DNA of 60,905 nucleotides, the filler included. It is 6 parts of 6 records of this genome, joined end to end, with 100 filler letters (N's around TTAATTAATTAA, not from the genome) between each part and the next. Parts side by side here need not be neighbours in the genome. Positions count along the whole stretch, not along the records: positions 31,341 to 42,655 come from SRR31156797_17949; positions 42,756 to 51,810 come from SRR31156797_17950; 4 more parts are not named here. One strand, written 5' to 3'. The notes under the pieces are model-generated. The model ran no database searches. It was not told the DNA's origin and saw nothing but the letters and a program-made list of their open reading frames with translations. Positions 33,010 through 43,528 of the stretch are shown here, piece by piece (positions within the stretch are counted from its first letter, which is position 1; every line of letters starts with the position of its first letter). The position numbers and the translations under genes were made by a program.

Positions 33010-33796
33010 TTTTTACTACCATTTCATTCCAGCCTTTTGAGCCTTTGAAAGATGATTTTTGTAGATTATCAGATTTAAAATCTACATATTCACCCTTATG
33101 ATTTTTAATGATTATTGCTTTATCAACATTTTCAAACATAGGGATATCATTTTCCCCATCACCTAAACCTATTGACTCAATGCTATCATTGTATAATTCA
33201 CTAAAAATCTTTATTGCTTTTTCTACAGCAATACCTTTATCCTGATTTTCTCCAATAAAGTGATAAAATCTACCGCCTTTGGCGATTTTTATATGATATT
33301 TAGATGCAAGAGTTTTTAAATCTGCTAATAACGATTCATCTTCCATAATAAAAGGTTCAGTAAAATCTCTAAGTTTTGAAAGCTTTGCCCCATGTTCATC
33401 AAGTTTTGTATACTTTATAACCTCATCAATACTCATATCACTAAAACCCAAAAGTTTAAACTCTTTTTTGTAAGCATTATAAAAGTCTAAAATTTCATTG
33501 TACTTTAGTCCTAATTGCATAATTGAGTAGTTTTCATATTTTGTTAAAAAATCAAAGTTAAAATCTTGATAAGTAGTAGGGAAAAAAATTGCAGCACCAT
33601 TTTCTATAATAAAAGGCTCAGTTATACCAACCTTTTTTTGCAATTCCTCAACTTCAACTCTAGTTTTACTTGTAGTGAATACTAAAGGAATCTGCTTCTC
33701 TTTTATAATATCTAAAGCCTGCCTGGCTTCTTTAAAAGAGTAGTTATCATGATTTAAAAAAGTTCCATCTAAATCTGTGAATATTACTGTTTTCAT
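33002..33796 (-). CDS. Mannosyl/glucosyl-3-phosphoglycerate phosphatase (HAD-IIB)
   Basis: FTDLDGTFL, TSKT, ENGA, GGRFYH and GLGDGEND. Confidence 0.88.
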   Translation of the reverse strand: MKTVIFTDLDGTFLNHDNYSFKEARQALDIIKEKQIPLVFTTSKTRVEVEELQKKVGITEPFIIENGAAIFFPTTYQDFNFDFLTKYENYSIMQLGLKYNEILDFYNAYKKEFKLLGFSDMSIDEVIKYTKLDEHGAKLSKLRDFTEPFIMEDESLLADLKTLASKYHIKIAKGGRFYHFIGENQDKGIAVEKAIKIFSELYNDSIESIGLGDGENDIPMFENVDKAIIIKNHKGEYVDFKSDNLQKSSFKGSKGWNEMVVKNA

Positions 33797-33940
33797 ATTT
33801 TATTATATCACTTTATAAACACTAGTATAGTTTTTGTATGTATAAGGAATATACAATAACAAAATTGATATTAAACTTATATTTTGCTCTATTTTTAAGT
33901 TATTTTAATTAAAATTGTAAAGAAGTAAAAAAGGAGTGTT

Positions 33941-34240
33941 ATGGAACCTAGTTATGAAAAGATGATTGTGCTTGTAATTGTTATAGTTGCAGCAATATTA
34001 ACATGGAAAATGGTGAAAGATTTTTATATAAATAAATTTCACAAGCTTTTTGCACATATCATTGCAATATTAACATCTTCATTTATGATGTTATCTACAA
34101 TGTTTTTATTTATGCCCAAAAACTATCAAAGAGGTGTAACACCAGAAGTTGACTTAAACTTTTTTTCTGTAGCAACAGTTATTGTTATGCTAAGTCTTCT
34201 TTATGTTTTCTTTAAATATATTCCAGACAATAAAAAGTAG
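33941..34240 (+). CDS. Small hypothetical membrane protein (3 TM)
   Basis: AAGGAG RBS and three hydrophobic segments. Confidence 0.65.
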   Translation: MEPSYEKMIVLVIVIVAAILTWKMVKDFYINKFHKLFAHIIAILTSSFMMLSTMFLFMPKNYQRGVTPEVDLNFFSVATVIVMLSLLYVFFKYIPDNKK

Positions 34241-37084
34241 TCATTTTTTCAAAGCTTTTATAGCATCGTCAAAACTTAAAGGCTTTGAGAAAAAATACCC
34301 TTGTCCAATATCACATTTAATAGATTTTAAAAACTCTTCTTGCTCTAAATGCTCAATGCCTTCTGCTACAACTTTATAGTTTAAACTTTTTGATAAGGCA
34401 ACAATCGCTTTAGTGATTTGTACATTGTTATTATCTTGTGGCGTATTATCTACAAAAGCTTTATCTACTTTAATAACATTGATTGGAAATTTAGTTAGAT
34501 AACTCATAGAAGAGTAACCTGTACCAAAATCATCAATTGAGAATCTAAAACCTAAATCTTGAAACTCTTGAAGAGTATTTAAGTTAGTTTCTGAATACTC
34601 CATTATATATCTTTCTGTAACTTCTATCTCAACTTGGGAAGGTAAAAGTCCATGTTTTGTCACTATGTTTAATACTTTTTCTACAAAGTTTTTCTCTTTG
34701 AATTGAACACTTGAAACATTAATAGCAATATATTTTAATGAATTTTTAACTTTTTTCATCTCCATAAAGTCTCTACAGGCTGCATCAATGATAAATTTAC
34801 CAATTTCAAGAATCAGTCCATTGTCTTCTGCTATAGGTATAAACTTCGAAGGTGGAACAAAACCTAAGTCTTTGTTTTGCCATCTAACTAAAGCTTCAAA
34901 TGCAATTATCTCTTTTGTTTCTAAGTCATATTGAGGTTGATAGTTTAGATAAAGTTCATTATTAATAATTGAATCTTTTAATGCCTGTTCAATTTTTAAT
35001 TGTTCATGAACATTTAATGAAAGCTGTTTATTGTAGTATTGATAGTTATCTTTACCCAAATTTTTTGCATGATACATTGCTGTATCTGCATTTTTGATAA
35101 GTGTGGTGATATCTTCACCATCATCAGGAAAAATTGCCACTCCAATACTTGCACTTGTATTTAAAATATTTTTTTCAATTGTGATTGTTTTTTTAATCTC
35201 ATCCAAAATCTTTTTACAAACATAACCTGCAGCATTTTTATCTCTAGTTGAATCAAGAATAACAATAAACTCATCTCCACCCATTCTTGCAACAATATCA
35301 GAACCTCTTAAAACATCTTTTATTCTTATAGATATTATCTTTAAAAGTTCATCTCCAATTGCATGCCCTAAAGAGTCATTAATCATTTTGAATCTATCTA
35401 AATCTATAAACAGTACAAAGAGGTTTTGGTTTTTTCTTTTTGCAACTTTTAAAGAAAACTCCAAATCATTTTCAAGTTTAGCTCTATTTGGTAGTTTTGT
35501 TAAACTATCATGATATGCCAAAAAGTCAGCTTTTTTCTGTGTTTCTATAATCTCTTCAAGGTTTGTTGAAACAACAATAATTTTACTTAAATCACCTTTA
35601 TTATCATGAATAGTTGAAATATTTGTCCATAAAGGGATTAAATCACCATTTTTCTTCCTACTGATAATTTTACCTCGCCAAGAACCTTTGCTATAAATAG
35701 TATCAATTAATTTATCATAAAAGATTTTATCGTGTTCTTCAGACTTCAACAAATCAAGTGTTTCGCCCTTGAGTTCTTTTGTTGAATACCCACTCATATC
35801 TTCAAAAGCTTTGTTTGTAGATATAATCTCTCTTGAAGTAGCTTCAATTACTACAATACCTTCTTGTACATTATCAAATACAGCAGCAGAAAGTTTTAGG
35901 TTTTCATTTTGCATAATATATTTTGTAATATCAAGTTTGATTGCTAAATAGTTTGTGATTTCATTATCTAAAACAATAGGTACAATAGAAGCTTTTTCGT
36001 AATAAAGTGATCCATCTTTTTTCTTGTTGATAAATTCACCTTCCCATTTTTCACCTAAGTCTAATTGTTTATTTAAATCTTTATAGCTTTCTTCAGGAGT
36101 TTCCCCTGATTTTAGTATTTCAGGTTTACTTCCAAAAGCTTCACTTTTCTTATACCCACTTGTTTTTTCAAAAATATCATTTACATATAAAATATTTTTC
36201 TCTTTATCCGTTAAGATTATTGAGTTGTCGCTATTTTCAACTGCGTATTTGAAAGCTGCTAGTTCTTTTTTGATTTTTTGTGATTTTCTATGTTCATTGT
36301 AAATTAGAAATATGAAAACGACTATAATTATAAAGAAAAATATAGATATAAGTAATTGTGAAAAAAGTTTTTTATTATACTTTTTAACTAATAAATCATT
36401 TAAAAAACTTAACTTCTCATCTAGCTTTAATCCTCTTGAGTCATTTTTTATTTTTTCAACTAATTTTACATTTATTAAAATGTTATTTACATGATTTATC
36501 ATTAAAGTTAAACGACTAGAATGAAACCTTTTATTTAATATTCTCAATTGTTTAAGGTTAGAAACAATTGCTTTCTCATTTTTATTAATGTTTACAAATT
36601 GTTGCATAATCATAAAAAGTGTACTATTTATAATTAACTTTGTATCTTCATTTAAAAAATTATCTTTTAGAAGATATTGATTTAAATCATAAATAAAATG
36701 AACCGAGTTTAGTGTAGATGCATGTTTTGATTTAAATCTCTCAACAAAATCTTTTTTTTGTAAAAATAGATTTTCAATATCTGATATAGTATTGTAAGTT
36801 TCTACTCCAAACTCTTTTTGAATCTCTTTTGTTAAAATCATTTCAATCGAGTGTTCCATTGTTCTTACTTCTTTAACTATGTCATCATAATTAATAAATT
36901 TTTCTTTTTGATTGAGATAATTATTTAATTTTAAATTTGATACTATAAGTTCATCTACATAAGAGATATATGTATTATAATTTTTTTTGCTCCCCTCTAC
37001 TCTTACAAGATAAAGAAAAATAAATGTAAGGAAAAAAGTGAAAAATACAAGTTTAAAACTAAAATAGTCTTTTATTTTATTCAT
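34241..37084 (-). CDS. DAHL-like periplasmic sensor, 2xPAS, GGDEF and EAL c-di-GMP enzyme
   Basis: TM-periplasmic-TM region (KKDFVERFKSKHASTLNS), two PAS/PAC domains, GGDEF intact, EALVRW and DDFGTGYSS. Confidence 0.9.
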   Translation of the reverse strand: MNKIKDYFSFKLVFFTFFLTFIFLYLVRVEGSKKNYNTYISYVDELIVSNLKLNNYLNQKEKFINYDDIVKEVRTMEHSIEMILTKEIQKEFGVETYNTISDIENLFLQKKDFVERFKSKHASTLNSVHFIYDLNQYLLKDNFLNEDTKLIINSTLFMIMQQFVNINKNEKAIVSNLKQLRILNKRFHSSRLTLMINHVNNILINVKLVEKIKNDSRGLKLDEKLSFLNDLLVKKYNKKLFSQLLISIFFFIIIVVFIFLIYNEHRKSQKIKKELAAFKYAVENSDNSIILTDKEKNILYVNDIFEKTSGYKKSEAFGSKPEILKSGETPEESYKDLNKQLDLGEKWEGEFINKKKDGSLYYEKASIVPIVLDNEITNYLAIKLDITKYIMQNENLKLSAAVFDNVQEGIVVIEATSREIISTNKAFEDMSGYSTKELKGETLDLLKSEEHDKIFYDKLIDTIYSKGSWRGKIISRKKNGDLIPLWTNISTIHDNKGDLSKIIVVSTNLEEIIETQKKADFLAYHDSLTKLPNRAKLENDLEFSLKVAKRKNQNLFVLFIDLDRFKMINDSLGHAIGDELLKIISIRIKDVLRGSDIVARMGGDEFIVILDSTRDKNAAGYVCKKILDEIKKTITIEKNILNTSASIGVAIFPDDGEDITTLIKNADTAMYHAKNLGKDNYQYYNKQLSLNVHEQLKIEQALKDSIINNELYLNYQPQYDLETKEIIAFEALVRWQNKDLGFVPPSKFIPIAEDNGLILEIGKFIIDAACRDFMEMKKVKNSLKYIAINVSSVQFKEKNFVEKVLNIVTKHGLLPSQVEIEVTERYIMEYSETNLNTLQEFQDLGFRFSIDDFGTGYSSMSYLTKFPINVIKVDKAFVDNTPQDNNNVQITKAIVALSKSLNYKVVAEGIEHLEQEEFLKSIKCDIGQGYFFSKPLSFDDAIKALKK

Positions 37085-37087
37085 CTA

Positions 37088-37993
37088 CTACTCTATTAAA
37101 TTTAATTCGCCAGTTAAAGTTTTTAAGAAAGCAACAATTTTGTTTATCTCTTCTTCAGTAATTGGTCTTCCTAATTGAACTAAAGCCATAATCTCTACAG
37201 CTTTTTTTAAATCATATTCTCTTCCATCATGAAAATAAGGCGAAGTTAGTTCAATATTTCTAAGAGTTGGAACTTTAAAATAATATTTGTCTATTTCATT
37301 TTTTGTAATATCATATCGTCCTAAACTTTTGCTTTCAATTGAACTAAATGCTCCAAATTTATTATAATGATTTCCACCAATATTTACTCCATGATGACAA
37401 GATATGCAACCTTTGTTCTTAAAAAGTTCAAATCCCTCTTTTTCATACTTTGAAATAGCACCAATATCACCTAAAAGATATTGATCAAATCTAGAGTTTG
37501 GAGTAATCAAAGTTTTTTCAAACTCTGCTAAAGCATCAACAATATTTTGCTTTGTGATTCCGTTTGAATACAATTCTTTAAACTTTGTTTTATAGCTTGT
37601 TTTTTTTAGCTCTTTAATTACATCTATAAAACTATGTGCCATCTCTATTGGATTTTCTATTGGACCTGCTGCTTGTTCTTTTAAGTCTTTTGCTCGTCCA
37701 TCCCAAAATTGTCTAAAATTAAAAAATGAGTTTAAAACAGTTGGAGCGTTGACATTCCCTTCTTTGCCATTTACGCCAAATGAAAATTGAAGACCATCAT
37801 CTCCACCATTTTTTAAGTCATGGCAAGAGGCACAAGAGATTGTTTTGTCTTTTGATAACCTAGTATCAAAAAAAAGCTTTTTCCCTAATTTTGCTTTTTC
37901 TAAATTATAATCTAATTTTTGAGGTATGGGTGTAATATTTGAAGCTTGAACATAAGTTATTATAAAAATTAAAATTGTTAAATATCTATACAT
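37088..37993 (-). CDS. Di-heme cytochrome c peroxidase family protein
   Basis: Signal peptide, CASCH and CISCH heme motifs, NAPTVLN, QFWDGRA, KVPTLRN and PYFHDG. Confidence 0.92.
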   Translation of the reverse strand: MYRYLTILIFIITYVQASNITPIPQKLDYNLEKAKLGKKLFFDTRLSKDKTISCASCHDLKNGGDDGLQFSFGVNGKEGNVNAPTVLNSFFNFRQFWDGRAKDLKEQAAGPIENPIEMAHSFIDVIKELKKTSYKTKFKELYSNGITKQNIVDALAEFEKTLITPNSRFDQYLLGDIGAISKYEKEGFELFKNKGCISCHHGVNIGGNHYNKFGAFSSIESKSLGRYDITKNEIDKYYFKVPTLRNIELTSPYFHDGREYDLKKAVEIMALVQLGRPITEEEINKIVAFLKTLTGELNLIE

Positions 37994-38029
37994 TCCAAAC
38001 CTTGAAATATTACAAAAAAAAATGGTGTT

Positions 38030-38476
38030 TTATTTGTCTTGACAAGACTTACATACACCATATAGTTGCATTGAGTGGCTTGTAACCTTAAATTTATTTT
38101 TCTTTGCTATTTGATCTTGTCTTTTTTCTATTTCATCATCCATAAATTCTACGATTTTACCGCATGATGTACAAATTAGGTGGTCATGATGGTCTTTGTA
38201 GTTACTTTCATATTTTTTACCATCTGTACCAAATGTAATTGAAGTAATAAGATTTACCTCTTCTAAAAATCCTAATGCTCTGTAAACAGTAGCAATTCCA
38301 ATATTTGAATCTGGTCTTTTTTCTTTAATTAAAGTATAAACCTCTTCAGCTGTTAGATGCTCTTCTGCATTTAATAAAATATTCAAAACAATCTCTCTTT
38401 GTTCTGTATATTTTAAACCTTTTTGCTTTACAATTCTTTTTAGCTCGTCAATTACTTCTTCACTATTATTAATCAT
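38030..38476 (-). CDS. fur: Ferric uptake regulator (Fur family)
   Basis: YTEQRE, HLTAEEVY, IGIATVYR, HHDHLICTSCG and CKSC. Confidence 0.88.
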   Translation of the reverse strand: MINNSEEVIDELKRIVKQKGLKYTEQREIVLNILLNAEEHLTAEEVYTLIKEKRPDSNIGIATVYRALGFLEEVNLITSITFGTDGKKYESNYKDHHDHLICTSCGKIVEFMDDEIEKRQDQIAKKNKFKVTSHSMQLYGVCKSCQDK

Positions 38477-38629
38477 ATATAAACCTTGTAAAAAACTATA
38501 TTACTATTATGGCAAAATAAATATCAAAAATACTTAAAATCGGGACAAATCTTTGATTTATTTAAGAAACTTTCATTTTTTTTAATATTAATAACTTATA
38601 TCAATTTTTAATTTTAAGTTAAGTCTATG

Positions 38630-38655
38630 TATAATTCTTATGATAATTATAATCA
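38630..38655 (+). promoter_or_regulatory. feoAB -10 box and Fur box
   Basis: TATAAT at 38630-38635, preceded by TTTAAGT tracts typical of Campylobacterota. TGATAAT-T-ATAATCA at 38641-38655 is one mismatch from the 7-1-7 Fur box. Confidence 0.75.
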
Positions 38656-38675
38656 ATATATTTAAAGGTAAAATA

Positions 38676-38906
38676 ATGAAATTGAACCAATTACAAAAAG
38701 GGGAATGTGGGAAAATCATAAAGATTGATTCTGATCCAGTTTTAAAATCAAGGTTTAGCTCATTTGGAGTAGTTAAAAATACAAAAATTTTTATAATTGA
38801 ACAAACAATTAGTAAAAATACAATTGAAGTTCAAATACAAAACACAAGAATTGCTTTACGAAATACAGAAGCCCAAACAATAGAAGTAGAAAAAATAGAA
38901 TGTTAG
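38676..38906 (+). CDS. feoA: Ferrous iron transport protein A
   Basis: MKLNQL..GE.GKI...RFSSFG...IALR..EA..I, overlapping feoB. Confidence 0.88.
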   Translation: MKLNQLQKGECGKIIKIDSDPVLKSRFSSFGVVKNTKIFIIEQTISKNTIEVQIQNTRIALRNTEAQTIEVEKIEC

Positions 38907-41020
38907 ATAATAATAGAAAAAAACTGATTAAAGTTGCTCTAGTGGGGCAACCAAATGTAGGAAAATCGATGTTAATCAACTCGATTTCAAACTCAAGACT
39001 TAAAGTTGGAAACTTTTCAGGTGTAACAGTTGAAAAAACACAAATTGAATTTGAGTACAAAAACTACCATTTTGAGATAGTTGACTTACCTGGTTCTTAT
39101 TCACTTACAGATTATACAATCGAAGAAAAAGTTACTAAAGAATACTTAGAGGAATCAGAGTATGACATTATTTTAAATGTTTTAGACTCTACAAATCTAG
39201 AAAGGAATCTGTATTTAACAAATGAACTTCTAGCCTTAAATAAAAAGATGGTTATTTCTCTAAATATGAGTGATGAAGCAAATAAAGAAGGAATAACAAT
39301 TGATGAGAAGCAAATAAGCAAAATCATTGGTAAACCTTGTGTTAAAACTTCAGCAAAGACAAAAGAAGGGATTGACGAACTTATTGAGGTTTTAATTAAA
39401 AAATATGAAACTACTGAAATACAATCTAAGTTAATCTTTTCTGATGTAATAGAAGAAGAGATTACAACAATAAAAAACTTCCTTTATGATAAAAAGTATA
39501 AATCAAATACTCATTATAGAGAGCTTGCAATAAAACTTTTAAAAGAAGATAAAAAAACTTTTTTCAAATTAAGAGATGAACCTATATGGATAGAGTTGCA
39601 ACCTTTATTAAACAACTCTTTGGAGCATATATATTTACATTTTGGAACAAAAGATTTAAATGAAATTTTTGATGACGAAAAGTTTGCCTTTGCAAAAGGG
39701 ATTACAAGAGAAACAGTTAAAATAAAAGAAAAAGAGGAAAAGCTAACTATAACAGATAAAATTGACTCAATTTTAATTCATAAAGTTTTTGGTTTACCAA
39801 TTTTTCTTTTTTTAATGTGGGGGCTTTTTCAATTAACATTTGAACTTGGAAATATTCCAATGGATTTAATTGATGCATTTTTTGCAGGACTAATTGATAA
39901 AACAAAAAATGTTTTAGGTGATACACAAATAGCCTCAATGATAGCTGACGGTGCAATTGCAGGTGTTGGAGCAGTAATACTGTTCTTACCAAATATTGTA
40001 ATACTGTTTTTAGGGATTGCCCTACTTGAAACTACTGGTTATATGAGTAGAGTTGCTTTTCTACTAGATGGATTCTTTCATAAGTTTGGATTGCATGGGA
40101 AATCTTTTATTCCACTTGTTACAGGTTTTGGATGTTCAGTTCCTGCTTATATGGCTGCAAGAACACTAAAAAACCCAAAAGATAGATTACTTACACTATT
40201 TATTATTGGATTTATGTCTTGTGGTGCTAGATTACCAATCTATGTACTTTTTACAGGAGCTTTTTTCTCTGATGGAAGTGCAGGAAACATTCTATTTTTA
40301 ATCTATATTGGTGGAGCAATACTTGGATTAATCTCAGCAAAAGTTTTAAAAATGGTTGTATTTAGAAGTGAAGATGAACCATTTGTTATGGAGATGCCAA
40401 AATATAGAATGCCATCATTAAAACTGATTTGGCATACAGTTTCAAATCAAGCTTTAATGTATATGAAAAAAGCTGGTACATTTATCCTTGCAGCATCTAT
40501 TTTGATTTGGTTTGCTTCAAACTATCCAAAATATCCAGATTATGAAGAAGAGATATTACAAAAAATTGAGTTGGCTACTTCAGAAGAAGAGAGATATGAA
40601 CTAAATAACAAACTTTCACTTTATAATTTGGAAAATTCTTATTTAGGGATTATAGGTAAAACAACTGAGCCATTATTTAGACCCTTAGGTTTTGATTGGA
40701 AAATGACTGTATCTTTAGAGACTGGACTTGCAGCTAAAGAGATTGTTGTTTCAACTTTAGGTATTCTTTATGGTTTAGGAGATGAACTTGATGAAAACAA
40801 CAAAGGTTTACTTGAAAAGATTAAAACAAATATACCAATAGCTTCGGCATTAGCATTTATAGTATTTGTTATGATTTACTTACCTTGTTTAGCAGCATCA
40901 ATGGTATTTGCTAGAGAAGCAGGTGGATGGAGATACTTATTTTATCTATTTGTATTTACAACAGCTACTGCTTGGGTGTTATCATTTATAACTTATAGAA
41001 TAGCTTTAGTTTTTACATAA
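38900..41020 (+). CDS. feoB: Ferrous iron transport protein B
   Basis: GQPNVGKS, NFSGVTVE, DLPGSYSL, GFGCSVPA, MSCGARLP, AKEIVVS and YLPC. Confidence 0.97.
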   Translation: MLDNNRKKLIKVALVGQPNVGKSMLINSISNSRLKVGNFSGVTVEKTQIEFEYKNYHFEIVDLPGSYSLTDYTIEEKVTKEYLEESEYDIILNVLDSTNLERNLYLTNELLALNKKMVISLNMSDEANKEGITIDEKQISKIIGKPCVKTSAKTKEGIDELIEVLIKKYETTEIQSKLIFSDVIEEEITTIKNFLYDKKYKSNTHYRELAIKLLKEDKKTFFKLRDEPIWIELQPLLNNSLEHIYLHFGTKDLNEIFDDEKFAFAKGITRETVKIKEKEEKLTITDKIDSILIHKVFGLPIFLFLMWGLFQLTFELGNIPMDLIDAFFAGLIDKTKNVLGDTQIASMIADGAIAGVGAVILFLPNIVILFLGIALLETTGYMSRVAFLLDGFFHKFGLHGKSFIPLVTGFGCSVPAYMAARTLKNPKDRLLTLFIIGFMSCGARLPIYVLFTGAFFSDGSAGNILFLIYIGGAILGLISAKVLKMVVFRSEDEPFVMEMPKYRMPSLKLIWHTVSNQALMYMKKAGTFILAASILIWFASNYPKYPDYEEEILQKIELATSEEERYELNNKLSLYNLENSYLGIIGKTTEPLFRPLGFDWKMTVSLETGLAAKEIVVSTLGILYGLGDELDENNKGLLEKIKTNIPIASALAFIVFVMIYLPCLAASMVFAREAGGWRYLFYLFVFTTATAWVLSFITYRIALVFT

Positions 41021-41035
41021 ATTCGTAGAGTAATT

Positions 41036-41374
41036 TTACTCTACGATAAAATTAGTGATTGTTTCTAAATCACCCTCTTTAACTCTAAACTCCCACTTAC
41101 CTTTCATTCTACCTTCAATATATCTAAAATCATATACTGAACCATGTCCTGCAGGGATTATCATATTTCTTTCTCTTGAAACATTTCCTAAAGGGTCAAT
41201 CCATTGAACATCAATTGAAACATCTTCTTCCAATCTTTCGTGTTCATATTTACATATTATTGAGTTTTCATCTTGTAGTATTAAACAATCTGCCATGTTA
41301 CTTGGAGCTTCATCAAAGCTTTCAGCATAACAAAACACAGAAATAAATGCCAGTGAATATAGTAATTTTTTCAT
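41036..41374 (-). CDS. Hypothetical exported protein
   Basis: Signal peptide, a Cys pair (DC...IC) and a beta-rich mature domain. Confidence 0.6.
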   Translation of the reverse strand: MKKLLYSLAFISVFCYAESFDEAPSNMADCLILQDENSIICKYEHERLEEDVSIDVQWIDPLGNVSRERNMIIPAGHGSVYDFRYIEGRMKGKWEFRVKEGDLETITNFIVE

Positions 41375-41404
41375 TTCTTCTCTCTTCTTATCATTTTAAA
41401 GATT

Positions 41405-42142
41405 TTAATCTTTATATTTTTCCCAAATAGCTTCTTCTTCTAAAGTACTTCTATTTGTCAATACTTCAAAGGGTTGATAGTTTTCTTTGTAACCCATTGA
41501 AAAATGATCTTTAATCCAATATCCTAAATAGATATATGGAATATTTAACTCTTTTGCAATTTTTATTTGAGCAAGAATAGAAAACTTCCCTATTGATAAA
41601 TTTTCATAATCATGGTCATAATAACAATATATCGAAGATATTGATTCAGGAAGAATGTCGACCAAAGCAACACCTATTAATTTATTGTCCCTAACATATA
41701 AAAACTCTTTTGTATAATCCTCTTTTCCTTGGACATATGACCTGTCATATTCAGATGGCTCAATTGGAGAATAAGGCCAATCTTTTTTCTGATTCATATG
41801 ATTATGATACTTATCATAAAGTCTTAGATGATCAAGAGTCAATGATGGTGGCTGAATATAAAGTTTTGTATCTAAGTTTTTTTTGAACACTCTTTTTTCT
41901 GATTTTGAAAATTTGTAATTTGCCACATCAATTCTCATAGATATACACTTCGTACAGGTTTTACATTCAGGCACAAAATGCATTTTACCAAATCTTCTCC
42001 AACCATGTTCGAGCATATTTTGATAATCATCTTTTTCGCACTTATGAACATATCTATACCGTATATCAGATATCTCATTTTCAAAATAAGAGCACTCTCT
42101 GTTCTCTTCGACAAACTCTACATCATGTTCTAATATATGCAT
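41405..42142 (-). CDS. Arginyl-tRNA-protein transferase family (bacterial Bpt Asp/Glu leucyltransferase)
   Basis: CSY, GWRRFG...P.C..C..C, SSIYCYYD, SIG and YLGYWI...M.YK. Confidence 0.88.
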   Translation of the reverse strand: MHILEHDVEFVEENRECSYFENEISDIRYRYVHKCEKDDYQNMLEHGWRRFGKMHFVPECKTCTKCISMRIDVANYKFSKSEKRVFKKNLDTKLYIQPPSLTLDHLRLYDKYHNHMNQKKDWPYSPIEPSEYDRSYVQGKEDYTKEFLYVRDNKLIGVALVDILPESISSIYCYYDHDYENLSIGKFSILAQIKIAKELNIPYIYLGYWIKDHFSMGYKENYQPFEVLTNRSTLEEEAIWEKYKD

Positions 42143-42144
42143 AA

Positions 42145-42655
42145 TTATTCGTTTATTTTCTCTTTTATCTCTTTTGCTATTGAAGTTATTTTAGCAATTT
42201 TTTCATTATTTGACAAGGAATCATCAATCAAGTGTTTAACAAAAGCACTACCAACAATAACTCCATCGACACCTTTTGCTTTCTCTTTACAAGTATTTTC
42301 ATCAACTCCAAAACCTATGTATAATGGAGTCTTAGAGTATTTTTTAACTTGCTCTATAATGTAACTTAAATCTTCACTTTTACCACTTCCTGTGATACCA
42401 GCATAAGCAACCATATATATAAATTTTTTTGAATTTTCTACTACTTTTTTTATTCTCTCTTCTGTATGCGTTGGAGCTACAAAAGATATATTTGCTTTTT
42501 CATATTTGTCAAATAAATTTTTTACTAAATTTGATTCCTCAAAAGGTAAGTCAGGAATAATCATACCTTGTACATTAAATTCTTGAGCTTTTTGTAAAAA
42601 ATTTTCAAGTCCATAATGGAAAAATGGATTCATATATCCCATCCATAACATATCC
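42145..42655 (-). CDS. trpA: Tryptophan synthase alpha chain, C-terminal part
   Basis: MGYMNPFFHYG, IPDLPFEE, VAPT, GITG, GFGV and DGVIVGSA. Confidence 0.93.
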
Positions 42656-42755
42656 NNNNNNNNNNNNNNNNNNNNNNNNNNNNNNNNNNNNNNNNNNNNT
42701 TAATTAATTAANNNNNNNNNNNNNNNNNNNNNNNNNNNNNNNNNNNNNNNNNNNN
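42656..42755. other. Artificial contig linker 4
   Basis: 44 N + TTAATTAATTAA + 44 N. Confidence 0.99.
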
Positions 42756-43446
42756 TTACATTGTCAGCCAAAGTCTCTAGGTTATGATTAGTTTCAGCAA
42801 AGTATAATTGAAGTGGCATCTTGCGTTCTGGATCTGCAAGTCTAGACGCTGCCGTAAGCCATCCAGATTTTCTTCCCATAGCCTGAAAAACAGCCACAGA
42901 TTCAGATACGTTCATTCCTCTGTTCTCTTCTTCAACATTTTGCATTATTGTTGCCCAATACCTTGCTGCACTGCCATAGCCCGGTGTATGGTCTATTATT
43001 GTAAATTCGCTATCTCCTACATCATTGTCGATTGTTTTTGGAACTCCCACAACCGTCAAATCAACACCACGCTCTTTTGCAAGTTCCGATACTTTTGATG
43101 CTGTATCCATAGAATCGTTTCCACCAATGTAAAAAAAGTATCCGATATTATGCGCCTGAAACACATCAATTATTCTGTTGAAATCGTCTTGCTGATGTTC
43201 GCGCAGTTTATATCTGCATGTTCCGATAACTCCTGCCGCTGGCGTATTTTTAAGCAAAGCTATCTCATTTCTGTCCTGTGCTGTCATGTCTATAAGCTCT
43301 TCAAGCAGCACCCCTTCTATGCCGTGCCATGCAGCATATATCTTTTCTATTTCATCATACTCCATCAATGCTTCAACAACTCCTTGAAGCGATGCGTTTA
43401 TTACAGGCGACGGACCGCCCGATTGTGCTACCAATGCATTCTTCAT
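42756..43446 (-). CDS. Pyrophosphate-dependent phosphofructokinase family, N-terminal part
   Basis: AQSGGPSPVINAS, GGNDS (Asp signature), PKTIDND (Lys signature) and MGR. Confidence 0.88.
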
Positions 43447-43528
43447 TTTTATCTCCTTTTTAAATTATTTTATATTACTGCCTATGCTTTAATATTTTAC
43501 CATCACTATTCCTAATCACTTTCCCTCA

